From assembly GCF_026571515.1 (NCBI RefSeq), contig NW_026856539.1:1-64000 (forward strand): a stretch of DNA of 64,000 nucleotides. The letters are read 5' to 3'. This document shows positions 39,063 to 51,394 of the stretch, piece by piece. The notes under the pieces are model-generated. The model searched no databases. It was not told the DNA's origin and saw only the letters and a list, made by a program, of their open reading frames with translations. The translations under genes were made by a program, and so were the position numbers. The stretch is from Ruditapes philippinarum. Its lineage: Eukaryota. Each line of letters opens with the position of its first letter. The stretch's first letter is position 1.

Positions 39063-42000
39063 ATGGATATATCTTTAAATATTCCGGTCTTGTTTGGTTT
39101 CTTAAAAGTATCTATAGCAGGTAAGATTTACGCAAAATCTTCATTATATAGCATTTATATATCATCAAAACACTGGTGGTGGTAGTGGTGGTGGTGGTAG
39201 TTTACCCTCCGAATGACAGCAGAAAGCAACTTTGAATTAATCAGAACACAGTTCAGCCACAGCATTGTCCCTGGGCAGGATCTCAAGCAGTTACCAGTGC
39301 TAAAGCCTTTATCACTGTCGCAATGAACTAATCACTTCTGTACCTACCAGAGCCGAGGTACATTACAAATGACCGTAGAAAGCATTTCATAATCAATTAC
39401 AACGATGTCGGGACCTATACATTCCGGGAATCGAGCCCGGGTCGCCCCCAACCTGTTGAGCTAACCGGACGGCTCGCAAAGTATTAGGGAATAGATTTAA
39501 GTACATCCTGGGTAACCCAGACTATACCAGTATATTAGAATTAGTATAATATACGAAATGTGTACCGTGGGTTTCGACGATGGCTTTAGTAGTGAAAATT
39601 ATCATAGTTTCAATTTCACTGGGCTTTTGATTAGTCCTATAAATTTGACGATGAAATTGTAAATTTAGGAGGAATAATATTTCTTTACTGTTTTTTCACA
39701 AAACATTTTTTTTATTTTTTTTATTACCGCAAGCAAATATATTTCAACTGTAACAAAATTAAATCAACAATACCATGAACTCAGCTCACCTTAACATTCA
39801 ATGCTGAACTATAGAATATACTTTTCTTACATTCTGTCAGCGCATACAATAATTTGGACAAACTAAACAAAAACCCATGAATACTGGTTATGGGCTTTGT
39901 ATCATATCCAGAATATTCTTCATCAACGATGATACCCTCCATTATTGAAAATGGTGTTTCAGATTTATCTACACCACACGTATTCGTTTCGTTATGATCA
40001 TTTATTACAGCTCGTTCATTTTGATTGATATTCCCCTGCAAAAACTTCCGTTGTTAAAGATGTTTACTTTTAACTATGTCACCAAAAGAGTTAAAGACAT
40101 GAAAAGTACTACTAAATTCTCTGGTAAATGACCCTATAGCTACATAGTGAATATTTAAAACTGAATCGAGAAAACAATTCCGGCCACAGTGTGACAATAT
40201 TTTTTACAGTTAGAACTGTTTTCTATGTAACAGTACAATTTTAGTCACATACTTGATACATGCATTACCAATATGAATTACCCTTATGCATTCTGCTGTG
40301 TTGGCTTTACTTACAAAATAGTTAAGATAAGATCATTTAAGATCATTTAGCAGACGATTTAAACATGTAATAAATGATAATAACGAAACGAATACGTGTG
40401 GTGTAGATAAATCTGAAACACCATTTTCAATAATGGAGGGTATCATCGCTGATGAAGAATATTCTGGATATGATACAAAGCCCATAACCAGTATTCATGG
40501 GTTTTTGTTTAGTTTGTCCAAATTATTGTATGTATACGGAAAGAATATAAAGGGCATGTCAGTCAATAAAAACCGGAAAATTTTATTTGCATAATCAGCA
40601 ATCATTACATATTTTATAACCGTTTTCCCTTATATTTTTCGTAACAGTTTATGGTGTAAACCCATCTATAGATTCTCCAGTTACGAATGTCACTGCATTA
40701 GAAGGTAACACCGTCACTTTGCCTTGTGTTGTAAAATACCTGGGCGAATTTAAGGTAAATATGCCATTTTACTTTTATTCTAATATAAATAAGTTAACAT
40801 TAACATTAATGTATGACATAACTTAAGTCTGCACGGACATTTAAAAGCACCATAGATGTTCCAAACTTTGTAATAAATGAGCATTAGATGGTCATAAATG
40901 TTGTTCAATTTGTTAAATATTGTAACAATACAATACATAGGCCCCGTAATTGTCGGTTAGAAACGAAAGTATTTCGAACAATTCAATTTCTCAATTGAAC
41001 ACATGATAACTGCTCTGGTACACATAGTGCACCTTTCAAATTATAAACAATGACTTGTTTAATCAACGTAATAAATGAGCCGCGTCACGACAAAACCAAC
41101 ATAATGGGTTTGCGACCAGCATGAATCCAGACCAGCCTGCGCATCCACGCAGTCTGATCAGGATCCATGCTGTTCGCTAACAAACCCTATAGCAAGTAGA
41201 GAAACTGATAGCGAACAGCATGGATCCTGATCAGACTGCAAGGATGCGCAGGCTGGTCTGGATCCATGCTGGTCGCAAACCCATTATGTTGGTTTTGTCG
41301 TGACGCGGCTAAAATTAAGAAATTTAAAGAAATGATCAATTCAGTTCATCTTTATTTGAAACAAGGCGTAGAAAAGAGCCATATTCTTTATTTTATTAAC
41401 CATTTACATGTATACACTGTACATATTATTTAAGGTTGTATGGATAAGTCCATCTTCGGTTGCATTGACTCTCGATGATCGAAGTATAACGGACGATGCT
41501 CGTTACCTTGTCGAGAGACCATTTAGCCAAGAATGGAACTTAAATATTATGAACGTAACACACCAAGACGCTGGGCAATATCGCTGCCAGGTAAACACCG
41601 TTCCAGTCACGTCAAAAACTGTCAACCTTGCCGTTCTAGGTAAATCGAACAAAACATTTATTTAAGTCTCGAGTGTTCGAGTTGAATTTCACGATTTCAT
41701 TAAAAATTTAATTTCAAATAAATGAAATATTTTTTTTACAATGTCATTAAAATCGTTTTCTCGTTGATACTGATCGATACTGATGATGAGGCGCGTGGCG
41801 TATTTAAAGATCCCGTTACTCAATTTTTGTTATGGTTTTATATCATAAATATAATGCTCAAATGAAGATTTATCAATATTGTAAGTTCCAAAAAGCATTA
41901 TTTGTAAAGATATTACTGAATTTAACATTTCATGTAAATAAAGGGAGGTAATTAGAAATTTATATTCTATAAAGTCTAAGTCAAATTTTTCAATAAGAAA

Positions 42001-45000
42001 TGAATGCATTTATTTTAATGATTACATATAATGTGGACAAATATTTGCAGTACATATTTTACATACTCTTCGATGTTTGAACATTGTTTAAGAAGCATAA
42101 TTATATACATATATAAGTACAACATAGAACACTACGCATTTAATAGTCAGTGCGGCCTCTTCATGGTCACAGTAGTATAATTTCATGCATTATAAAATTG
42201 TCATCAAATTGAATTATATGTGTAAAAATCATATTTTCTTTATGCAGTTCCTGCCAAGATTATCAAAGATATTTCAAGTAGAGATGTGATATTGAAAGAA
42301 GGTGAAACATTGTTTCTACAGTGTAACGCCACAGGGTTTCCGCAGCCTACAGTCAAATGGTATAAACTACAATTGGGACAAAAGCAGGGTAAGTTTCCAA
42401 CCTTAAAGCGGCCCTCAGCTTTGCTAAAGGTTAAATCAAATTAAGGATATTTGTAGATAAATGATTTCATATGATATCAAAAGTCAAATCAAAAGAATTA
42501 AGGTGAAAAATAAAATTTGCCGACACTAAAATACATAAATATAAGGGAAGCCATCGATACCTCTAATCTACCGCTCTACTCTCTATGCATGTATTTGAAT
42601 TCGAAAAGTGGACTATTCGTTTCTCAAACTTCTATTTTCAGAAAAAATTTCACTGACGCGTTTATAAATTGCTCTCGGCACGTATGTTTTGAACAAGGCT
42701 TAACCGTGATATGATGCACTTTTCCAAGATAGAATTACTAAAAACAACACATGATTGTTTTTCCAACAGAAAAGAAAAACTGAAGGCCGCTTTAAAATAT
42801 CACGCCGAAACTACTGAACAAAGTATGAGTTACTTCATTGTCATAAAAATCATTTATTTCTGAAATATGTCTTCAGTAAACCCTAACAGTTTAGTTAATA
42901 TTATGTGCCATTGAAGTTATGATGTATTTTCTTTTACTTGTATTTCTGTTGAAGACTCCGCGTGTTACTTTAAACATATTTATCTAAGCTCGATATCAAT
43001 CACTTTCGAGTCCGCTTCATGGAAACTACCATTACCGGTGTCATTGAAGAAACGAGATTGTGACCCAAGTAGGGCTCGAACCCATGCTCCCTGAGTTGAG
43101 AGGCAGACACCTTACCCACTAGGCCACCAGTTCCGCGTGTTCCATGTTGTATCCGTTATTATTTGTTGCATTATTTTCTCCTAAAATCTGTTTTCTGCAG
43201 ACATACACCGTTCTGGAGATGTGTTGATTATACCAAACGTGACCAGACAGACGGCCGGTACATACGAGTGCGTGGCTTATAATGGTAAATCAGACAGCAA
43301 GAAAACTAGAGTTATCGTACAATGTACGTATTCCTTATTCAACATTATTAAATATTTTCATACGCAGAGTAAAATGTTTTAGTGAAAGAACTGTTTTACA
43401 TTATGAAAATAATTGGTAAAAAATAAAGGAGTAAACCTATATCATTTAATCAAAGTAAAGAAAGTGCATGTACTCTACAAACTAGCCAAGCAATTCAAAC
43501 TAAATACAAAGAGGTTTAGAGTGGGCGCAATTCAAACAGGTGTTATGTAGAATGATGGTTTACATACATGAGATCAACTGTAAACAGTCAAAGTCAATCG
43601 CACACCTTTTCGACAGTGAACAAAATACAAAGACTTCCGGTAACGTAGCATCGTTTTGAATTGATATTTGCTTGCCAAAAGAACAATGCACATGAATAGC
43701 CAAGTATTATACATGTATTTCGACACTTACTGCTTACATTGGTTAAATTCACTACAAATTGTACATAAATAAACAGTTTATTCTAAACTTTTTAAATGTT
43801 TATATGTACGCCTCTGATTCACCTAAGCTGTCGATAAGGGATTGAATAAATATACTATTCAAACTAGTATACTATTATAATGAGTCTGAAAGAATTGTTA
43901 TGGCTTTAGATGATTATGCTTATGCTTTTTTCTCATAAGTTGCTCCAAAGGTCAGCCTCCTATCCAAGCGGATTGGTCAGAATGTTGGAAAAGAAACCAT
44001 CCTGGACTGTAAGATTACTGCCAACCCGCCTTCAGATATGTATTGGCTAAAGGGCAACACCAATCTTGACACCCCCAACAAAGGCAAATACCAGGTATAT
44101 GATAGAACATTTTTATTTTTATTTTAGTATTAAACTACAGATTATTCATAAAAATGTTCTGACACATATAAACATTATACTTTGAAAAAGGAAAGTTGTA
44201 GGTCATCTATTGTCATACATTGAACTGGGTGTGCTTTGATGCCAACATACATTTTCCACAGAAATTCAAACCTTCAACTACTTACAAGTAGTCAATTATA
44301 CTGAAATATTCTATCTACGGCAAGACTTGTAAAATAATCTTGACAAAAAGTCACGTGAGACCGGTATTTGTCGTCATACATATGACGAAATGCAGTTCTT
44401 TGACAGAATACCAGACATTATGATTCACCGACACTGGCTTACATATTGCCTTCCTTGCCATTGAAACATGTAGCATTGCCCATTGTATGGCTGGTAGCTG
44501 AGTGTTTCTGTTAGATAAGTACATTAACGACTCTCAGTTTCGATTCATCTCTACAGTACACTTAAATCTGCTTTCATCCTTCCTTCTGTTTTATGAATTT
44601 GTTTATGTGAACGTTGTTTTATAATTTTTGCAGTAAATACTTAAGCATATTCTTAACAAAGGTTTAATAGACACATGCTTATGAAAAAAGTCTAATGTAA
44701 CAATTTACAGATATAACTCCGTCTATTTTAGATGAGACTCTATGGCAGCAACATAGACAATACTGTTAAAACATTGTCCTTGGCAATATCAGACCTACAA
44801 AAAGATGACTTTGGAAACTATACGTGCTACGCTAGAAATTCCTTAGGCAAAGATTTTGACACAGTGTTAGTATATGGTACGTACAACAAACACCATATAT
44901 AAACAATATGCATTCAAAGTGTAACAAATGCTCCGTTTTCAAACTTTATAACATTGTTCAATAGACAATGCGAACATGAATTTATTCTACATTGTACCAA

Positions 45001-46083
45001 TATGAGATCAAAGATGCACTTATAGAAGCGGTTTTAGATGCATGATAATGTATATTAAGGTATAAGAAATAGTTTTGATTTAATTTTTGTTTTCAGATTA
45101 CGCCATACATTTCACTACACCCGCATCAATTGATACAAGTCAGACAAATCTACAGATCAATCATTCTAAAGCTACAGGTATAATCGGCTTGCTCCTGATC
45201 ACTTTATATAACTATCTCAAGTTAATTACTAATTTTGTGAAGACACTGTATAAAGTAAATTAAATTATATTTCAATTTTAAAAATCTTGATGCGGTTGAA
45301 TCGGCACACATCAAGAAATAAAGCCCTGAATCAAACTTTAATCACTGTCATTTTGCACAATAAAAATAATTATTCTGAAAAAAAAACGGGATGAGCGAAT
45401 GATCTAAAATTTGTACACAAGTTATTGGTCTGGACCTACATTAAATGGTACAAAAATTTTGTGAAAACATTTCAAGTACTGTCATGTGTAGCTTCACTGA
45501 GGTCCATATGAATAAAAAAAGCATACAATTTGAAGTTCTTACACAAATCGACTGGTGTACTTGAAATGTAAAAATGTGCCAAGATAAAGAAAACATATAC
45601 TCAGAATTTAATTGAAAATCATTTTTTGTGCGATTCTCAGCCTGATTTGAGTTAAAAGCATTTAAACGCAATTTCAATGTCTATTATTATATTATATTAT
45701 ATTATTAAATTTATCATATTATATAATATTATTTTGCAAAATGCAGAGAACCAGTAATCTGATATTTTGCAAATATATTAAAGAATCGGATCTTCATCAA
45801 ATGGTCAACAATTCTCGATTAGAAATTTCCAGTTCCTTCTTGTCAACATCCTTTAAAACTTAAATAAGTTATATGCCATTATCATTCCATAAAAAGAAGA
45901 TAGGAAACGTTAAGTACAAGAAAATATATTTTTGTGATTGGCAATACTTTTAAAAAGGCAATGTTAACATTACTATTTTCCACTTTTACAGGTTTATCGG
46001 CTGATGTGTCTAAAGGGAATCATTACATGATGACGTCATCAATTTTATTACTCTATATTACGATGGTCTTTATAATATTCTAA
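39063..46083 (+). CDS. Lachesin/IgLON-like GPI-type protein with 3 Ig domains (~368 aa)
   Basis: Exons 39063-39120, 40648-40754, 41435-41639, 42248-42388, 43201-43323, 43940-44094, 44732-44876, 45097-45177, 45992-46083; all GT-AG and in phase. LPCVVKYLGEFKVVW..WNLNIMNV..DAGQYRCQVNT; hydrophobic C-terminal tail. Five exon lengths (205, 141, 155, 145, 92) equal those of the minus paralog. Confidence 0.92.
39200..39478 (-). mobile_element. Decayed tRNA-headed SINE
   Basis: Reverse B-box GGGAATCGAGCCCGGG and A-box remnant TGAGCTAACCGG at 39426-39470; bivalve SINE-like body. Confidence 0.55.
39843..40532. repeat. ~167-bp inverted repeat (39843-40009 / 40366-40532) in intron 1 of the plus Ig gene
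   Basis: Arms are reverse complements with about two mismatches; spacer ~356 bp. Confidence 0.9.
41076..41311. mobile_element. Palindromic TGAG..CTCA MITE, near full length
   Basis: Long TIR GAGCCGCGTCACGACAAAACCAACATAATGGGTTTGCGACCAGCAT and its inverse. Confidence 0.92.
42407..42791. mobile_element. Kolobok-like MITE with TTAA target duplication
   Basis: TTAA|AGCGGCCCTCAG ... CTGAAGGCCGCT|TTAA; AG..CT termini. Confidence 0.8.
42945..43114 (-). mobile_element. tRNA-headed SINE
   Basis: Minus strand TGGCCTAGTGG (A box) and GGTTCGAGCCC (B box) followed by a non-tRNA body. Confidence 0.7.
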
Positions 46084-47654
46084 ATGAAAAAAGCCAACAC
46101 TTTATCACATTTTATCGACATATCTTAAGTAACTAAACATTAATGTAGGAATAGTGAATAGCTTTACCCCTCACTTTAGTTAGTTATACTGTTAATGCAA
46201 GTGTACCACGTGACTAAGAAATTTGTACTGTCACAGGGTAACAGTATCTTTAACAGTATAAAATATTGTCAAATGGTCTATTTTCTAAAGAAAATAAATA
46301 AAATCATCATAAAAAATCATCACACGTACTGTTCGGGTAACAGTATTTTCCTTGGGATGATATTTTTACTGTTACCCACAAACCCCATGTGTTATTTATA
46401 TAATAATGCAGCATGCTGAAATAGAAGAATAGGAAGGTTATATAGTTGACCTGCTTTAATTCAATTAACCCCTAGCCTGCTGAATGTTAAAAAAGGGACT
46501 TATCCAGCTTCCATCTTCAAGGTTAAAGCTTTAAACGAATGTTTCCATTATTACAATTGGTAATATGGTCGCATGTTACTATAGAAACGTTTGTGTTACA
46601 TGTGGCATCAGAATAAAATTCCAGCCGTTTACACATTTTATATATTTTTTCATATATTTTTTTTCTTCAAATGTTGTCCCAACAAATGAGCAACCTATAA
46701 ATGTTAAGCAAAGTTTTTCATGCATACAGTATGACATTGGATGCTATAACAACGATTTTATCTATATCACAAAAACTTCTTGTTTGTTTTTTAATTTAAA
46801 TTCTACCTTTAGCAGTTTAATGAAGTTTTTCAGATTTCCTCTAATAATCAAAGACTTTTGTCCCTTATTTTCGACCTGATGTTTATCTGTATATATATTC
46901 TGTAACATTATGTATATATAGTGTTGATAAGACATACACCACTTTCTTATCATAATCCTTCATTTTCAATACGTTGATGGTAGTTCATATTAGCATAAAC
47001 ATAGTTGTAAGATAAGTACTTTCAGCTTTCATTATTAAAATTCTAGTCTACCCCCTTTGGCTTGAGCGATCGAAATATGAGAGAAAAATGATGTGATCCA
47101 AGTAGGTTCAAACTTAAATTCTCATAGATTGGCAGCAGACACATTTTCTCCAATATCTTGCTCCCAATTTAATATGTTGATGATCTTGTAACTAAAGAAA
47201 GTTGATAGAGCTCAAAAACGTCAGTGTAGTTCTTAAGATTTTACATTTTCTTTCTAAAAATACATATTTGTTTACCATTTTCGTACGAACAGTGCTAAAT
47301 AAATTTAGACAATTTATACCTTTCTTTATTATATATGTGTCCATCTATATACCCTTGTAGACCATTATTTATATATACATGTACGGTGTCCAACATGTTG
47401 GTTTTTCATGTAAAATATTTCTTTATTTCAATCTGCAAAACGTCGAAAAGAGTCTATTGCCTTTGGTATCCACATACAAAATAAAGCAAGTTAATTGTAA
47501 TGTACGAAATACCGGTAAGGACATTTCAACTTCATGAATTTCAGATGTCATCATCGTGAATTCACAATTTTAACTACTTCTTACTTGGATTTTTTTTACC
47601 GTATTTGTGATAAGCGAACTTATAAAAGTGCATCAGAATGTTAAGTATAAATTT

Positions 47655-47897
47655 AGGCCGTTGGTCGTTGCTTTCAAACCATTTGTCCCGCTCCGCTATG
47701 GGTTCGAATCCCGACAGGGCTTTTGCATTCTTTCAAGTGATGCAGCTAGCTTCCGGAACATCAGTGGTTCTACTCCGGTTCTCGCTTGTGCCAGAAATAA
47801 TGCACAGAAGGGTACCATAAGTTTTTCCTTCACCAGTATAGTTTGAAAGTCGCCATGTGACCTATTCTATGTTTGTGTGTCGTAAAACCGAACAAAA
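47655..47897 (+). mobile_element. Bivalve-type tRNA-headed SINE (Meta/Deu-like body) just upstream of the SLC10 gene
   Basis: B box GGTTCGAATCCC, body GTGGTTCTACTC..GAAATAATGCAC..GAAAGTCGCCATGTGACCTA, tail CGTAAAACC. Confidence 0.75.
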
Positions 47898-48123
47898 ATA
47901 TTTTGAGACAAACAAAAATAGCCGTAATTGTAGAATAAGAAATTGCATCCATATCTCGTTTTGGACAATTTAAATACAGAAGACGGCATGGAGATAAATC
48001 AAACTTCTAAATAGTTTGACATGGTCATCTTGTCAGATGTTTATTTTCCCACGCACTTGACAAACAAACAACAGGTGCTATACTAGATTGTTTGATTCAT
48101 TTGGCAACAATTTAAATAAAGAG

Positions 48124-49888
48124 ATGGAAACTGTAACAGAGGCTGACCATCTCATACCGGATGTTACTAATGGAACTAATGTATCACTATCCGACTTTAA
48201 TATTACAACAGCAGCAAGTGGACTTTCAACATTAAAAGTCGTTTCGGACGTTGTTATTACCACAACTTTAGTGATCATAATGTTTGGCATGGGCTGTACA
48301 ATAGAACTGTGGAAACTTATCGGGCATTTACGGCGGCCAATCGGAGCAGCTATAGGAATGCTTGCTCAGTTTATCGTGCTACCATTGGTCACATTTGGAT
48401 TCGCGCATGCGCTTCAGTTAGAACCTGTTGCCGCCATAGGGATGCTGGTAATGGGTAGTTGTCCTGGTGGTTCTACATCAAATATATTCTCGTATTGGGC
48501 TGACGGAGACGTGCCCTTAAGGTTGGTTATATTTTACAATAAACATAGTCGTTTATGTTCCGAGTTAAACTTATCCATACATTCATTAATTATTTTCTGT
48601 CCTTTTTTAAACATTACATGTATCTATGGTTTTTAAGTAAATTGCATCATTGTTAAATTCAAAAATCTACTGTCAAAGGAAATAACATTAAAATAAAGGC
48701 TTTCGTGTTTCTCAATTACGGAATTGCGGGGGATGGAACCTTAGACCACAGTGCATCTAGTCGCCATTAAATTTTAACATTTATAGTGTCAGTCAGATAT
48801 ATATTGCCGCTAAACAATAATTAACTGTCGTACATTTTATTTCGTTGCCTTTTCAGTTTAACTATGACATCATTGGCTACTCTTTTGGCGTTGGGTATGA
48901 TGCCTTTAAATATATGGCTGTACAGTAGAAGCTGGACGAATGATGATCTTGTCATACCTTACAAAAATATTATTATCTCCCTTGTAATGACAGTGGGGCC
49001 TGCTGCTGTGGGAATAGCTTTACGTTGGAAGTGGGAAAGGGTCGCTTTATTTTTTGTCAAGGTAAGAACATGGAAAGAACAAAATTGAAATTAAAAATAA
49101 AATCGCAACTTGAAAGTTCAAGAGAAAATTCTTGGCATTCATTTATCAGATAGAGACTATTTGGGATAACTTTAAAGTGTTGTGTGAGGGTGTGCCATAC
49201 GTATACTTTCCCTGGGTATAACGCGTCTTTACGAGTTTCTGACCCTTCTTAAATCTAATTAGATCTCCCGAGCCACAAAGAAGGAATTCAGTTGACAAGG
49301 AAGTTTTGTCCTGTGTCACATGATCAAATAATTCTGTTTCTGAAACATCTTTGATAAGTTTTGTTTAAACACTGTTTTCTTGTGACACTAAGATACGGCA
49401 TGCTCTTTGTTTTTCTTTTTCAGATAGGAAGTTTCTGTGGTGGTTTGGCGGTGATTCTGTCAATGACTTTAATGAGCCTACTTTATCCGTTCATGTACAA
49501 ATCTTCTTGGAAAATCTACATCGGTGCCTTCTTTTTACCCTTTGTCGGATTTGCATTCGGATACATTGTAGCTAAGATATGCCGAATGAATGCCACGCAT
49601 GCGCGAACAGTAGCGCTTGAAACAGGAATTCAAAACTTTCCATTGTGCATGACCCTTATTAGTTTATCTTTCCCGAAAAATATGATTCCGAAATTAGCTC
49701 TTTTCCCTTTATTATACGGAGTTTTTGTGCTGACAAACAGTTGTGTGTTTGTGTTACTTTATCACGTGATGAAGAAATTAAAGGAAAAGTATGATAAAAT
49801 GGCGGGAAAAGAATTTACCAGAGTACCAGTCAACGAAAATAACGGTACTGTTGATGTAGAGAATATAAAGACTCTAGGTATGAGCTGA
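48124..49888 (+). CDS. SLC10 sodium/bile-acid symporter family protein (SLC10A2/A6-like, ~355 aa)
   Basis: Exons 48124-48521, 48857-49061, 49424-49888 in phase. Motifs MFGMGC, QFIVLP, SCPGGSTSN, DGDVPLSLTMT, LGMMPLN, ALETGIQN; N-glycosylation sequons in the N-terminus. Confidence 0.93.
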
Positions 49889-51394
49889 AGGTCATTTTCA
49901 TTTTTAGGTCATTTTACAAGGTAAAGATGATTGTTTTGAGTTCTGAAATAAAGTTAGTTATATTTGTAACTATTTTGAAAATGTTGTATAAATAAAAGAG
50001 AAAAGGAAGGTAATAAAAATATTATATATAAAACATGCTTGTCATGAAAATTTTCTGCTTATCCTTTACATGTATATTTAAAAAAGAGTATTTCTTACTT
50101 ATGTTTGAGATATTTGATGCAATAAAATGATTGTTTATGTATCTATTTGAAACCTATTTTTGGTCATATCTTGAGGGTTAGTCCGCCTTATTGGCTTTCC
50201 TACAAATTTCTCGGCAAGTAACAGACTGCCTATCTCACACGATTTCTATATCAGCAGTGTGAGAAACATGTCAATTAATAAGACTCAAGTCTGACGGAGA
50301 AAATCGTCACCTTTGGGGATTGAACCAACCACTCCTGGAATACAAATCAGATGATGTGCCTAATGAGCAAAACGGGCGGACTCGAAAGTTGGATAGAATG
50401 ATATGTCTGAAATATATTAATTTGCGTTCCATTGTATTGACTATTGACGCCTGAACTCTTATATTGCTAATATGTATACATATTGCTTTGATTGTTTGAA
50501 ATGACAGTTTATAAATGCGATGGTGTAATATCAATATACTAAAAAAATAGTGTGCCACCTGACAGCATGGGAGTGCATGGGAGTGCAGACTGGCTTGGGT
50601 CCATGTTAAAAACCATGTCATTATACTTGCTAGCATTTACAGTGTCAACAATTATTCAAAACTGTGCTGTCAGTGGCAAAGGATGGTGTGTGCTCGTTAA
50701 TGAGAATAATTGATGTAAATTTAAGAGCACAAATACATACAGTTTTACAGTGGGAAAACGCCTCAAGTTTTTGCACTCCCAAAAAATATATGAGCTTTCA
50801 ATTAATGATACTGTGGACGTGTATAAACTTGAGAATTTCGTTTCTAAGTTTGATATCCATACTCACGACTGCTTATTTCAACTTGATAAATGTATGAACA
50901 TTTCCAGTTTTTTTTACAGTGAAAAATGAAGCCTCCTCTATTCTATTCTTCACAAAAGTAAGACAAACAAAACCAAGAACTGTTGTGTAACCCATGTCAA
51001 CCAGTTACTATATGTAGTGTCTCACAGTAGCAACTTGTTCATCATAAAACTGTAAACATTGGAAAGGTCCATTATCATGAATATGGATCAATTACAAAAA
51101 TACAAATTATATTCTACTTTTAACTAGAGAAGTGTTATTGCTAAAGTATCCAAAAACATCACCACGCTTAATCAGCATCGCAAACAGAAATAATTATGTA
51201 TGTGTGTCGTCTGCTATTAAAACAAGAACTGTGAAAGACCATTAACAAATTAAACATGTACATGTAAATATTTATAATCCGTCCTATTAAAGTTTGGCTT
51301 ATTTGCTGTGCTTACACTACATGTAGTTATATAGTATGAACATTTCCATTACCTTTACCAAAGTGATACTAAAGCATTTTGTCTGAATAAAAAC

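Noticed and set aside
25190-47720. tRNA genes at 25190, 29832, 39426, 43050 and 47690
   Set aside because: Only A/B boxes or partial stems; no complete cloverleaf, and they are attached to repeat bodies.
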